The notes: a model not told the origin generated them from the sequence alone. Numbered from the stretch's first letter, positions 1-16,530 are shown. The stretch: DNA of 64,000 nt from Macrostomum lignano (GCA_002269645.1 NIVC01002559.1:62001-126000); one strand, 5' to 3'. Translations and numbers: made by a program.

Positions 1-245
1 TTTATGAAGAAATAAAGAATTAAAGACATTAATTACAATAAAAATGTTTTTCTTTAATTCCCATATGTATTTTAGGCTTAAGTAATACTAGCTTTTAGGT
101 ATTGACTTAAAGGTTTGGATATTTTTCCAATATTATATTAGGTTTTTTTATTGATTAATAAAGAATAAACAAGCTAAAAATGATACAATAAGTATGGAAA
201 TCGGGTTAAAAATGAAAGATATGTAAAAACTAGGTTAAAATAATG

Positions 246-1018
246 CTTAGTCTGAGTGACAAGAGTGAATGGATGCCTAGTCTGAGTGACAACAGTGAAT
301 GGATGCCTAGTCTAAGTGACAAGAGTGAAAGTATACTTAGTCTGAGTGACAAGAGTGAAAGTATACTTAATCTAAGTGACAAGAGTGAATGGATGCCTAG
401 TCTGAGTGACAAGAGTGAAAGTATACTTAGTCTGAGTGACAAGAGTGAAAGTATACTTAATCTAAGTGACAAGAGTGAATGGATGCCTAGTCTGAGTGAC
501 AAGAGTGAATGGATGCCTAGTCTGAGTGACAAGAATGAAAGTATACTTAGTCTGAGTGACAAGAGTGAAAGTATACTTAATCTAAGTGACAAGAGTGAAT
601 GGATGCCTAGTCTGAGTGACAAGAGTGAATGGGTGCCCAGTCTGTCTGAGTGACAAGAGTGAATTGGTGCCCAGTCTGTCTGAGTGACAAGAGTGAATGG
701 GTGCCCAGTCTGAGTGACAAGAGTGAATGGGTGCCCAGTCTGTCTGAGTGACAAGAATGAATGGGTGCCCAGTCTGTCTGAGTGGCAAGAGTGAATGGGT
801 GCCCAGTCTGAGTGACAAGAGTGAATGGGTGCCCAGTCTGTCTGAGTGACAAGAATGAATGGGTGCCCAGTCTGTCTGAGTGACAAGAGTGAATGGGTGC
901 CCAGTCTGAGTGACAAGAGTGAATGGGTGCCCAGTCTGTCTGAGTGACAAGAATGAATGGGTGCCCAGTCTGTCTGAGTGACAAGAGTGAATGGATGCCT
1001 AGTCTGAGTGACAAGAGT
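246..1018. repeat. Minisatellite, 30-bp unit (GTCTGAGTGACAAGAGTGAATGGATGCCTA) with 34-bp variants in the 3' half
   Basis: Direct tandem repeat visible in sequence; explains the repetitive ORFs at 230-1129. Confidence 0.95.
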
Positions 1019-1435
1019 GAATAGGTGCCCTGTCTGTAGGTTAATTTTCTGACTGGTACCAGTGGTACCTATTGTCATGCTCATAAAACAATAAAACAGT
1101 TTTATAGTTTTGCTTGTGGCTGCTAGCAAGATTAAAGCTCTAGATTCTTGTTCATCTTCTTACTTTTACGTTTCTGTTCTAACAGGAAATTGCAATCTTT
1201 TTCCGCTTCGAAGGCAGCCCACCTGATATAAACTGTTGCTAAAATTAGTAACTGAATCGAAGCCTCTCTCCTATGCAACGATGTTCTATTTTTAGAACAT
1301 GAAACTAAAATCTTAAGCACAGTTTTGATATAATACAGTGGGTGAACTCAATTCATGCTTCAGTTGTGAGCCTAAATAAGCCGCAGTCTAATTTTCTAGC
1401 TTGAGCTCAATTTCAAATCTGAAGAAAGTTATTAA

Positions 1436-5595
<4,160 letters not shown>

Positions 5596-6084
5596 GCAGC
5601 TTCGCCCTGCTTATTGAGACCATGCTCAAGACTGACTAATTTGCGATTGAAATCATTCGAGACTTAAATAATAAGCATTATGAAAACGGGCGTTCGAGTG
5701 TTCTGTATAATATTTCATATCGATTTTTCGTGACGTCATCGCTTTAGTGAAAATTTTAATGGTCAACATAGTAATGGCATGAGAAGGACAAGGGCTGTTT
5801 AATTATTTTTTATGTCTCTGGAGTTCAAGCCGATTTTAAGTTTGTTGCTTGTTTTATTAATGCTATTTCTCTATCCATGCATCTGTCATTTGCATTCTCA
5901 GCATTATGTAAACGTTTTAGTGATTGCTAAACTCTTTTTGCTTACCTGTGTCGCTCTGCACTTTAAAATCTTAATCAAGAAACACGAAATTTGGTATTTA
6001 AATTAATCTATTTTTATCAATACATTTATTTACATTATTGACAATAAAATTGTGATAAAAGCCAAACACAGGCTTGATTTGTTT

Positions 6085-7640
6085 AACTACCAGATAGCTA
6101 CGAGTTTGTCTACCAGATAGCTACCAGTTTGTCTACCAGATAGCTACCAGTTTGTCTACCAGATAGCTACCAGTTTGTCTACCAGATAGCTACAAGTTTG
6201 TCTTCCAGATAACTACCAGTTTGTCTACCAGCTAGCTACCAATTGTCTACCAGATAGCTACCAGTTTGTCTACCAGACCAGATAGCTACCAGTTTGTCTA
6301 CCAGATAGCTACTAATTGTCTTCCAGATAACTACCAGTTTGTCTACCAGCTAGCTACCAATTGTCTACCAGATAGCTACCAGTTTGTCTACCAGCTAGCT
6401 ACCAATTGTCTACCAGATAGCTACCAGTTTGTCTTCCAGATAGCTACCCATTGTCTACCAGATGGCTACGAGTTTTTCTACCAGATAGCTACCAGTTTGT
6501 CTACCAGATAGCTACCAGTTTGTCTACCAGATAGCTACCAGTTTGTCTACCAGATAGCTACCAGTTTGTCTACCAGATAGCTACCAGTTTGTCTTCCAGA
6601 TAACTACCAGTTTGTCTACCAGCTAGCTACCAATTGTCTACCAGATAGCTACCAGTTTGTCTACCAGACCAGATAGCTACCAGTTTGTCTACCAGATAGC
6701 TACTAATTGTCTTCCAGATAACTACCAGTTTGTCTACCAGCTAGCTACCAATTGTCTACCAGATAGCTACCAGTTTGTCTACCAGCTAGCTACCAATTGT
6801 CTACCAGATAGCTACCAGTTTGTCTTCCAGATAGCTACCCATTGTCTACCAGATGGCTACGAGTTTTTCTACCAGATAGCTACCAGTTTGTCTACCAGAT
6901 AGCTACCAGTTTGTCTACCAGATAGCTACCAGTTTGTCTACCAGATAGCTACCAGTTTGTCTACCAGATAGCTACCAGTTTGTCTACCAGATAGCTACCA
7001 GTTTGTCTTCCAGATAACTACCAGTTTGTCTACCAGCTAGCTACCAATTGTCTACCAGATAGCTACCAGTTTGTCTACCAGACCAGATAGCTACCAGTTT
7101 GTCTACCAGCTAGCTACTAATTGTCTTCCAGATAACTACCAGTTTGTCTACCAGCTAGCTACCAATTGTCTACCAGATAACTACCAGTTTGTCTACCAGC
7201 TAGCTACCAATTGTCTACCAGATAGCTACCAGTTTGTCTACCAGACCAGATAGCTACCAGTTTGTCTACCAGCTAGCTACTAATTGTCTTCCAGATAACT
7301 ACCAGTTTGTCTACCAGCTAGCTACCAATTGTCTACCAGATAACTACCAGTTTGTCTACCAGCTAGCTACCAATTGTCTACCAGATAACTACCAGTTTGT
7401 CTACCAGCTAGCTACCAATTGTCTACCAGATAGCTACCAGTTTGTCTACCAGATAGCTACCCATTGTCTACCAGATGGCTACTAGTTTGTCTACCAGATA
7501 GCTACCTATTGTCTACCAGATGGCTACTAGTTTGTCTACCAGACAGCTACCCATTGTCTACCAGATGGCTACTAGTTTGTCTACCAGATAGCTACCAGCT
7601 ACCTGTTATCTACCAGATTGTTACCAGTTGTCTACCAGAT
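6085..7640. repeat. Minisatellite, 22-23-bp unit CTACCAGATAGCTACCAGTTTGT with a 391-bp higher-order duplication
   Basis: Tandem array; ORF-track peptides at 6266-6511 and 6657-6902 are identical. Confidence 0.95.
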
Positions 7641-8158
7641 AGCCACTGGTTATCTACCAGATATTTACTAATTGTCTACGAGAAAACTACTAAGTGTCTA
7701 TTTTGTCTATCTGTTTCTTAAAACAGCTTCACCAGCTAACCCGTCTTATGGATTGAATTTTAGCGAGAACTTTTACGAATTTCACCTGCACTAGACAAAG
7801 GAGACAAATTTTCAAGTGTAAACTAATCACTAAAACAGTGATTTACTACCCCACTTTCTGTCAATTGGCCGCAGTTTTTATAACTTCCGGTAACGGTGCA
7901 CCAAATCTCATTATAATAATCAGCTCTGATCTGCACGCATCCAGTGCCTTCCGTTTGTTATATCTGTGTCTCTGTTGAGCTACATTTTTAACCAACACTC
8001 GCTTCCTGGAGAGCCGCTTTCGATAATTTTTTAACTGTTTTGATTAAATAGTTTTTTATCGTTCAATAAAGCTTAGTGAATGCTCACAAATGTCTATATA
8101 CTTACGAGTATTTTATTTACTCAGCTGTTTCAATAGCATCAGAGTTCGATCAGTTGAA

Positions 8159-8275
8159 TTCCCCAGCGGGATAATCCAGAAATTGAAGGCTGGCTTTTCA
8201 TTGTCTATGGCCTGAAAGGAGGTCTGTGCTGCAGTCCTTTGGGCCATAGACAATAGAAAGCCAGGCTCGGGGAAA
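8159..8275. repeat. Palindromic element, small MITE-like hairpin
   Basis: Arm 8190-8220 is the reverse complement of 8235-8264 with few mismatches; outer ttccccagc / gctcggggaa also pair. Confidence 0.7.
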
Positions 8276-8907
8276 CGCTATATTGATTTTGAGTTGCAAA
8301 ATAAAAAAGCTGGCTTATAATTGCAGTAAACTTTTATAAATATGATGACGTCAGTTATGAGACGTTATGCAAAACTTATTTTTGAAGAGTTCTCGTCTTA
8401 GTTGTTTTTCTGGGAGATTGGGTTGGGCGATTTGTTACCATACATAGAAAAGATGAATAAATAAGCTTAGTGTTCACAAAATGTCTATCTACGAGTCATG
8501 GTCACTGGCGTTCACCTAGGCGGAGCTTATGAACATTCAACAGGTGGCACCAGGGGACTATGGACACCCTTATTGCAGATTACACTAGGCCAGCATCAAC
8601 TGCTAGGTATCCTTAGCTAGTCTCTCAAGCATTCCATCGTCATCCATGGACGCTGTCGGCTCCTTCAATGGGTGACGCCAGGTGATTGTGACGTTGTCAA
8701 TTTAAGTAGCCCCGTCAAGCGCCGTTTTAGCATACGGTAACCAATCTATAATATTGTTAATTTAATGGTCTCGTACTCTCACGTCTGCTTAAAGTAGTGC
8801 CCAAAGAATTTTAAACAACTTGCGTTATGTTGTAAAGCCTAAGTACAGTAGGCGATCGATAATTTCTGTTTTTCTCGCCGGCCAATAGAAAAGCCGCGCA
8901 TAAATTA

Positions 8908-9404
8908 TGTTAGCCGGAAATTAAGTTCTCCGCGGGCACCCACCCCCAGCCTGCTCCTTATCAGTCCTGTCTGGCTGGGGCGCTCGGGGTTAGCCCGCCC
9001 TTAGACCCCTTAGACCCTTGCCACCCCGGCACTCCTTGTTTGCTTGCCTTCTCTCTCCGCCTCGGTTCTAAACCATGCCTCTGCCAAGTCTCAGTCACGC
9101 CACCTCTACTGTCTGTACGAGCTCTCGCTACGAGCACCGCCACCACACGTTCACCGCCATCACATCGTCACCTTTGCCTCAGGCTCATCGACTCACTTCC
9201 ATCGTCTACCATCTATCTTATTGTTGCGTAGCCGCCCAGTGCATTTCTTACGGATTCAGCAAGTACTATGACCTATCTCTGTTGACCACCCAGACGGAAT
9301 TGATAATAGCAAGCCTAACTATCCTCTCATACGGTCACAATAAATAAAGACTGCGGCCATCGCCCGCATCTCAGTCGTTACTATCATCAAGTGCTACCGC
9401 TACA
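8908..9404 (+). mobile_element. Probable solo LTR (about 500 bp)
   Basis: TGTTAGC...GCTACA termini (imperfect inverted ends) and AATAAATAAA about 60 nt before the end. Flanking aaatt duplication is offset by one base. Confidence 0.5.
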
Positions 9405-9552
9405 AAATTGCCTCTGCCGTGTTTGTCTTCTTTAGTCATTTTCGAGTCTGCCGGATAAATCGTCACAGTGATTTCGTGTGCTTGTGTTGCTCCGTTCCAG
9501 TCCGGCTTCACAATAGCTAGTATAGCAGAGTCCCACTTTACTCAGTCTAGAG

Positions 9553-11553
9553 TCAGCCGAAGATACAGCCGGTCTCCTGCATCTCCCTGCTACTCGAGGA
9601 CGGGTTCACCGAGTAGGCCACAATGCAGGCGCAGTCGCGGGTTCGCTCCCTTTTTCTTTGATAGTGAGTGTGGAAGCAGTCGCCTTGGTAACCGTTGGAC
9701 CAACCGGTCCAGAACGTCCAACCACACCAGCCCATGAAGCGGGCCTGCTTCTGCCAGGATGCTGTCGATGGTGCGGGCACCGAGGCTACGAGGCAGCCGC
9801 AGGCTCTCGATCTGCTTCGCTCCTGGTTCACGTTGCAGCCTTGTTGAAGCAGTTCAGATGATAATATAATCTTTGCGGTTTTTGGGCTATCGCTTGAATT
9901 TTTGTTGCAAGAATCTACTAAAAAGGCAGAGAAGTATCATACTGGTCCATTTTTGAAGTGCCCAGGGATAGGGAGGATATTAAGTTAGGACTTAGTATCA
10001 ACTTGCATGTGGATGCAGTTGAAATGAAAACCGCCTTGGGGACTACATATAGTTTTAAAGATCAGAAGTCGATTTTGCTGGAGTTTATTGTGTGATGCTA
10101 GTGGCGGGATGTTTGGGCCTCGTCGTTTTTTAAGCGAACCTGATGCGCGGTACAAGTACGAGTAGATGGAGAGGGACAGGAACCATGCGACGCGATGTTG
10201 TGGACCAGAAAGAGCATGGTGAAGTCGTCTGAGGGGCGATTACGAGGCAGTTTGAACCTAGCGTATTAGACATCGTTAAACACGTGAAAACGAAACTCCG
10301 AGGTTTAGACCCCTGTAGAAATTAAATTCCGGGGATCTGTCACTGTGTGGAAATGAAACTTCGAGTATCCGTGACTCTGTGGAAATGAAACTTCGAGGAT
10401 CCGTGACTCTGTGGAAATGAAACTTCGAGGATCCGTGACTCTGTGGAAATGAAACTTCGAGGATTCGTCACTCTGGGGAAATGAAACTCCGAGGATCCGT
10501 CACTCTTCGGAAATGAAACTTCGAGGATTCGTCGCTCTGTGGAAATGAAACTCCGAGGATCCGTGACTCTGTGGAAATGAAACTTCGAGGATTCGTCACT
10601 CTGTGGAAATGAAACTCCGAGGATTCGTCGCTCTGTGGAAATGAAACTTCGAGGATCCGTGACTCTGTGGAAATGAAACTTCGAGGATCCGTCGCTCTGT
10701 GGAAATGAAACTCCGAGGATCCGTCACTCTGTGGAAATGAAACTTCGAGGATCCGTCACTCTGTGGAAATGAAACTTCGAGGATCCGTCGCTCTGTGGAA
10801 ATGAAACTTCGAGGATCCGTCACTCTGTGGAAATGAAACTCCGAGGATTCGTCACTCTGTGGAAATGAAACTCCGAGGATTCGTCACTCTGTGGAAATGA
10901 AACTCCGAGGATCCGTCACTCTGTGAAATGAAACTCCGAGGATCCGTCACTCTGAGGAAATGAAACTCCGAGGATCCGTCACTCTGTGGAAATGCAACTC
11001 CAAGGATCCGTCACCCCGTGGACATGAAACCGGAGGATGTGTCACTCTGGGGAAATGCAACTCCGAGGATCCGTCACTCTGGGGAAATGAAACTCCAAGG
11101 ATCCGTCACCCCGTGGACATGAAACCGGAGGATTAGTGTTCAGGCGCAGTGAAATTCTAGGAGCGCAGGTGCTCATTACTGACTCGTTTAGCGTGCAAGA
11201 CCAAACTGCTCACTTCGGCGGCGACTTGTGAGCGCCAGCATCTTGCAGCCGGCCGCAGTCAAGGCCGAGTTGGTGTGGTGATCGTCAGCATCGTCGCCAT
11301 GGTGACCACGCAGCAGCCGGCACCGGTTTGGGGGACACCAGGCGACGCCGAAGCAGTCGGCGGCCGTCAACTCGCACTCGGTTGCGCACTCAATTTCGGA
11401 ACGGGCGGAAATTACAGTGAAGATCGGCTCCGCTACTGTCGGCTTGCCGTCACTGCTGCCCCAGGCCGCCTGGACCGAGGTGTACAAGTACTGCTGCTCA
11501 GCCACCGCCACGGATGCCAGCAGGACCCACAAAGCAATGGTTGCCGGGTGCAT
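9553..11553 (-). CDS. Secreted PAN/Apple-domain + thrombospondin type-1-like protein; exons 11214-11553 and 9553-9917 (about 234 aa)
   Basis: Signal peptide MHPATIALWVLLASVAVA. PAN-like SEIECATECELTAADCFGVAWCPPNRCRL. Phase-1 donor CGA A|gtgagc (11213) matches phase-1 acceptor ctttttag|TA GAT (9918). Exon 2 has CNVNQERSRSRACGC and WCGWTFWTGWS..DC..RKRERTRDCAC. An extra exon near 10.1-10.26 kb cannot be excluded. Confidence 0.68.
10330..11125. repeat. Intronic minisatellite, 32-bp unit GGAAATGAAACTTCGAGGATCCGTCACTCTGT
   Basis: Tandem array inside the predicted PAN-TSR intron. Confidence 0.95.
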
Positions 11554-11984
11554 TTCGGTTGCTTAGCTGGGTACTCGATCACTCACTGGCGAATTTGCTT
11601 TGTTGACAAAATCTCAGCTTGAAGGTTTTTTATGCATGGCTTTAAATCCCAAAAAGTCTCTTCGAAGTTTATAATGACTGGCAGTTTCAACTTCCTGTAG
11701 AGAGCATCAGGATTGCTTAGTTGGTCGTCAATTTAACACATTTAAGAGAAAGCTTTTACGCTTTCAGGAAAAGCAACATGCCAATAACAGGAAAGGGTGG
11801 CCAACCACATTAGCTGAACTTCATTTTGTCAATCCTGTCAATATCTTCTTACTGTATTAGCTGAGGCGCCCTATATTGTGTGCGATAAACTATGAATGAA
11901 CTCACAATTGACAGGCAGCCCGGAATTCGAATGATTGCATCTTTTTGAGAAGCGATTGGGTGGTAGTCAAGCTTCATATTAGAG

Positions 11985-12130
11985 TGCCACCTGTCAGACA
12001 GGATAGTGTCACCTGTTAAACAGGATAGTGTCACCTGTCAGACAGGATAGTGTCACCTGTTAAACAGGATAGTGTCACCTGTTAGACAGGAGTGTCACCT
12101 GTTAGATAGGAGTGTCACCTGTTAGACAGG
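11985..12130. repeat. Short minisatellite with GTCACCTGTTAGACAGGA core
   Basis: Tandem copies; related core at 14880-14940 and, reversed, at 16165-16530. Confidence 0.8.
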
Positions 12131-12240
12131 TGCGTCAGCTTCTGGAGTCCAGCTTCAATGGCCAGTGGCCAGTCCTTTTATAACTTTCCAGCTAGTCATT
12201 GTTATTATGAGTTACATGAGCTGCTATGCCCAATGGATAG

Positions 12241-12598
12241 GGGGCCGTAGCCCAGCGGTAGCGCAGGCTCTGGTGTGCCAGCGACCCAGGCTCGATTCCA
12301 AGTGCAGTCACATTAATTTGGGGCTGAATTGGAATCTCGGCTTGGCTCTGCTCGTGCAATTAGCGGCCTTGAGAGCCAACCCCCCAAGGCGCAGTGAAGT
12401 GTACATGCCTAACGATAATATAAAGTTAGGGCCGCTGTACACTCCTGTGTGAGTGTGTGCCTGCGTACGTATCCGCGCGCTTGTCTGCCTGCTCAGGGGA
12501 GTCGGCGGAATGGGCAGTAATGCCTCTCGCCGGTTGTGTGCCTATGTCACTTAAAGTGCGCCAGGGTGCACACAACCCCCTGCCTCTAATAAAAAAAA
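12241..12598 (+). mobile_element. tRNA-derived SINE, full length, with poly(A) and 13-bp target-site duplication
   Basis: Head GGGGCCGTAGCCCAGCGG (A box) and GGCTCGATTCC (B box); A8 tail; ATGCCCAATGGAT at 12226-12238 and 12598-12610; three more copies in the window. Confidence 0.88.
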
Positions 12599-13477
12599 TG
12601 CCCAATGGATCTTCTATGGAGCATCTGCGATCTCACCCGGTAGGTGCCCAAGGTGGCGTTTCTGCGCTTCGTTCGGACGCCGCTGCTTCCTCCTCTAAGC
12701 CACAAATGCGCAAATCGGGGAGCAATCACTTTGTAGTGACATTTGTCTCTGGTAAAAGCCATGTCTCTGGCCGTGCAGACGGCACATACCTCACCCATGC
12801 GGCCCCCTCGGTCCTTTGAAACTTCACAATAGCATTCCGGCCCGCTCAACAAGCCCGACCAGTTGACAAGAAACCTCAAACTACCCCGTCCTGGAATTCG
12901 CAGCAAAACACGTCATAAAGTGGCTGCGACACCAATTAGTAACAATAGCATCCTCAGCCTGTTGTTACTCAGCCTGGTAACAAAGTCTGAGCGATCCTTG
13001 CTGAATTCAAAACCCCATTTTATCCTATTACGTATAATCTCCTAAGAGCCAACAAAGTACCTGGAATGGCAAGTCCCAGAGTGATCAGAGTCATACAGTT
13101 TGGTCCGGAGCTTTACTTCCGGCTGTTTTATTTGGTATCCCCCAACTGGGGGAAGGAATCCAGTCTAAGGGACTGCAGCCACGGTCTGACATACGTGGAG
13201 TGATATTTGCATGAGTGACGGTGAAGAGATGCGACACTGCAAGAGCTGACACGACACTGCTAGCTGATGGTGTCTGTCATTTCATCATAACAAGCTGTCC
13301 TGGAGAAACAGATTTCCTCTACAGATAAAAGCAAATTTTAACGCAGCTTAGTGTCCGGCGCTTGAAAATGGATGAAACATTTGCAGAATGGGGTAAGAGT
13401 ATAGCATATGCCATTTGGCCTTGTTGAGAACTGCCTATCAGCAACACTTTTCAGTCCCGGAGTTAAAAAATATTTAA

Positions 13478-13598
13478 AGGGCCAGTCAACTTAAGCTCAT
13501 AAAGTGGTAATCCTGGTGTCACTGTGAGCAGAATGACGCATCATTTGTGTGCATAGGTTACTCGGGCTCCACTTTATGAGCTTAACTTGACAGGCCCT
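13478..13598. mobile_element. MITE with about 30-bp terminal inverted repeats, Kolobok-like ends
   Basis: AGGGCCAGTCAACTTAAGCTCATAAAGTGG / CCACTTTATGAGCTTAACTTGACAGGCCCT; flanks TTAA and TTCA. Confidence 0.65.
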
Positions 13599-13999
13599 TT
13601 CAATAAAGCAGCAACCACACTCTCAACTCTTTCAAAGCAGACATTGAAAATGAGCGAGCTGGTAACCGCTTTGACTGTAGTGCTCATATTTGTCGTGAGT
13701 CACAAACTCGAACTCTGTCAACTGTTTGTCACGAGTGTTTGTCAAGCAGCGGCCGGGACTCGATCCGGGCGCGCTGTGTCCGTCTGGCTACGGCATGCAC
13801 CTGTGCGGAGTGAAGTACAAGCTGTACTCTGCACCGAGAGCGTTATCGCAAGGCATAGCAATGCCGGACTCTCCGAACTTTCTGAGTCATATGCCACGGA
13901 TCGAGTCCTGTGCCAGTGCTTGTTTTCCTTTGACTGAACTCAAGTCCTGAGTCAGTCTTAAGAAAATTTAAGCCTGGATGTTGTAAACCTATAAACAAT

Positions 14000-14192
14000 G
14001 GGCCGTATGCAGAAAGCCTAGTCCAGACTAGCTAGTCCGGACTTGGGTAGTTCAGTCTATAGTCTATGGTCTAGCTAGCCTAGTTCTGCTATAGTAGACT
14101 GGTCTAACTTTGTGTTTCTGCATACCAAATCCAAGTCCAGACTAGCTTTTCAAGACCGGACTACCCTAGACAGAGCTTTCCGCATACGGCCC
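14000..14192. mobile_element. PIF/Harbinger-like MITE
   Basis: TIRs GGGCCGTATGCAGAAAGC / GCTTTCCGCATACGGCCC with a 3-bp duplication AAT on both sides. Confidence 0.75.
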
Positions 14193-14654
14193 AATAAGCT
14201 AGGTTGACTCGAGAAAAAGCATAGAGTGCACTTTACCGAAAGACTTTTCTTACAGGTAGTTTTTAAAACGTTGTGTCGCCAGTTTTGAAGCAGCTTTGAC
14301 AAAATATAGTTAATTAATACAAATATTAGACATATTTTTGATGCATTAGATTAGCTCATTGGTTGAGTTTCAGTTTTCAGCTGTACTGAGCACAGTACGT
14401 GTATCTAAAAATAGCACAAATTACTCACTCGAGTCTCAGAAGTAACCGTAGGCTCTTACTCGTGCAACGTATAGCAGAAATGGAGAATCTCAGTACGCTT
14501 GTGATAATTTTAGCGTCAACTAATTATACAGCCAGCTTAAATTATATTTAGAAATTGAAACTTCTGTTGTCTCTCTATAAATATTCTTAGTCCCCAACCT
14601 GAAGTGTATTTCTTGTCTCCTAATCTCACTTGTATGCCACGCAATACAAAAAGC

Positions 14655-15754
14655 ATGTCGCAGAAGGAGGTCATCAAGTGCGTGGCTGTTGGCGACGGCG
14701 CGGTAGGAAAAACCTGCCTGTTAATCTCCTACGCGCAGGGTCGGTTCCCTCCTGGCTACGTGCCAACCGTGTTTGACACCTATGCGGTCAGCGTGCGGAT
14801 CGGGGACACGCAGCACACGCTTGGCCTGTTCGACACTGCTGGACAGGTGAGCGCTTTTGAGAATGCAACTCTATAACGTATTGTTAGACAGGAATGTCAA
14901 ATATTGGACAGGAGTGTCATCTGTTAGACAGGACGTGTCAATTATGATGCACCTAACTCATTACCCCCTTGCCACTCCAACCACAGGAGGAATACGAGAT
15001 GCTCCGGGATCTGTCCTATCCTGGCACAGACGTGTTCCTAGTCTGCTTCTCCATAGTGAATCCGACATCGCTGGAGAACGCTCGCCAGCTGTGGATCCCG
15101 GAGGTGACTCGGGCCTGTCCCAACGCGCCATTCCTACTGGTCGGCACGCAGAGCGACCTCCGAGCGGACAGGCGAACTTTGGACTGGCTGGCTCGGTCGC
15201 GACAGAAGCCGGTACCGACGGAGGTCGGGCAGCGGCTGGCCCGCAGCATGGGAGCCGCAGCCTACGTGGAGTGCAGCGCTCTGACCATGGTGAGGTCCGG
15301 GTGAGGGCTCCACAATGGACTGCCAATGAATACCCCATCATAGAGCTTGATGTTTACACAGACATCACACCGCTTGTTTTTACACAGACACAACACCGCT
15401 TTGTGTTTACACAGACACAACACCGCTTTGTGTTTACACAGACACAACACCGCTTTGTGTTTACACAGACACAACACCGCTTTGTGTTTACACAGACATC
15501 ACACAGCTTTGTGTTTACACAGACATCACACAGCTTTGTGTTTACACAGACATCACACAGCTTTGTGTTTACACAGACATCACACAGCTTTGTGTTTACA
15601 CAGACATCACACAGCTTTGTGTTTACACAGACACTAAAACCGTTTTCAGGACAACCTCAAGCAGGTGTTTGACGAGGCCTTACTGGCAGTGTTGGAGCCG
15701 CCAAAGAAGCCAGTCGCAAGCAAGAAACGCGGTAGACGATGTGCGCTGATGTAA
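14655..15754 (+). CDS. Divergent Cdc42-like Rho GTPase, paralog 2; exons 14655-14846, 14987-15289, 15650-15754
   Basis: [28 protein letters not shown]|[27 protein letters not shown]|[34 protein letters not shown]. Both introns are GT-AG, phase 0. Confidence 0.9.
15350..15633. repeat. Intronic minisatellite, 24-bp unit (CTTTGTGTTTACACAGACACAACAC-like)
   Basis: Tandem array in intron 2 of Cdc42-like paralog 2. Confidence 0.93.
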
Positions 15755-16164
15755 AAAATGGGACACTTGGAAGTCACTTGAAGGTCAAAGTTCAGTAAAA
15801 ATGCAGTAAACTTACCGCTCTCGCTATCTCTGTAACGTATTTTTTCTAGTCGCAAAACCTTCAAATTAACTGTCCATAGAACCCGAGTGATACGTCCTGA
15901 TACAACAGCAACTTTCAGTGGTCCTTGAGGATATAAGTATAAGCACCCTTTTCAACATTTCGCACCATATTTGACGTTTTAACTGATTTTTTTTCCATAA
16001 GTAATTACATTGGTCACATTTGTTTATGAGTTAAAAAATTCAAAAATACACTAGCACCAGTTCATACTACTGATCTGTCCAATTAATGCCTTGCGTCAGT
16101 TTAATTAAACCTGTCAAATAAGTAAATATTTGGGTCTAAAATAGGTGACTGTTTAAAGCGCCTT

Positions 16165-16530
16165 TAACAGGTTGACTCTGTAGTGTCTCTAACAGGTGAC
16201 TCTCTAGTGTCTCTAACAGGTCTCTATAGTGTCTAACAGGTGACTCTGTGAGTCTCTAACAGGTGACTCTCTAGTGTCTCTAACAGGTGACTCTCTAGTG
16301 TCTCTTACAGGTGACTCTCTAGTGTCTCTAACAGGCGACTCTCTAGTGTCTCTAACAGGCGACTCTCTAGTGTCTCTAACAGGTGACTCTCTAGTGTCTC
16401 TAACAGGTGACTCTCTAGTGTCTCTAACAGGCGACTCTCTAGTGTCTCTAACAGGTGACTCTCTAGTGTCTCTAACAGGTGACTCTCTAGTGTCTCTTAC
16501 AGGTGACTCTCTAGTGTCTCTAACAGGTGT
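16165..16530. repeat. Minisatellite, 24-bp unit CTAACAGGTGACTCTCTAGTGTCT
   Basis: Tandem array; explains the SLTGDSLV ORF. Confidence 0.95.

Noticed and set aside
230-1129. Long repetitive ORFs such as (SLSDKSEWMP)n
   Set aside because: Translations of a 30/34-bp minisatellite; frame breaks where 34-bp units begin; no splice context linking them to a gene.
12241-12310. tRNA gene
   Set aside because: A and B boxes are present but there is no complete cloverleaf; it continues into a SINE body with poly(A) and TSD.
13650-13950. Possible small secreted protein (hydrophobic MSELVTALTVVLIFV spliced to ..CPSGY..SCASAC)
   Set aside because: An in-phase intron can be drawn, but the product is short, ends before completing any lectin or PAN fold, and sits among MITEs; not supportable without transcripts.
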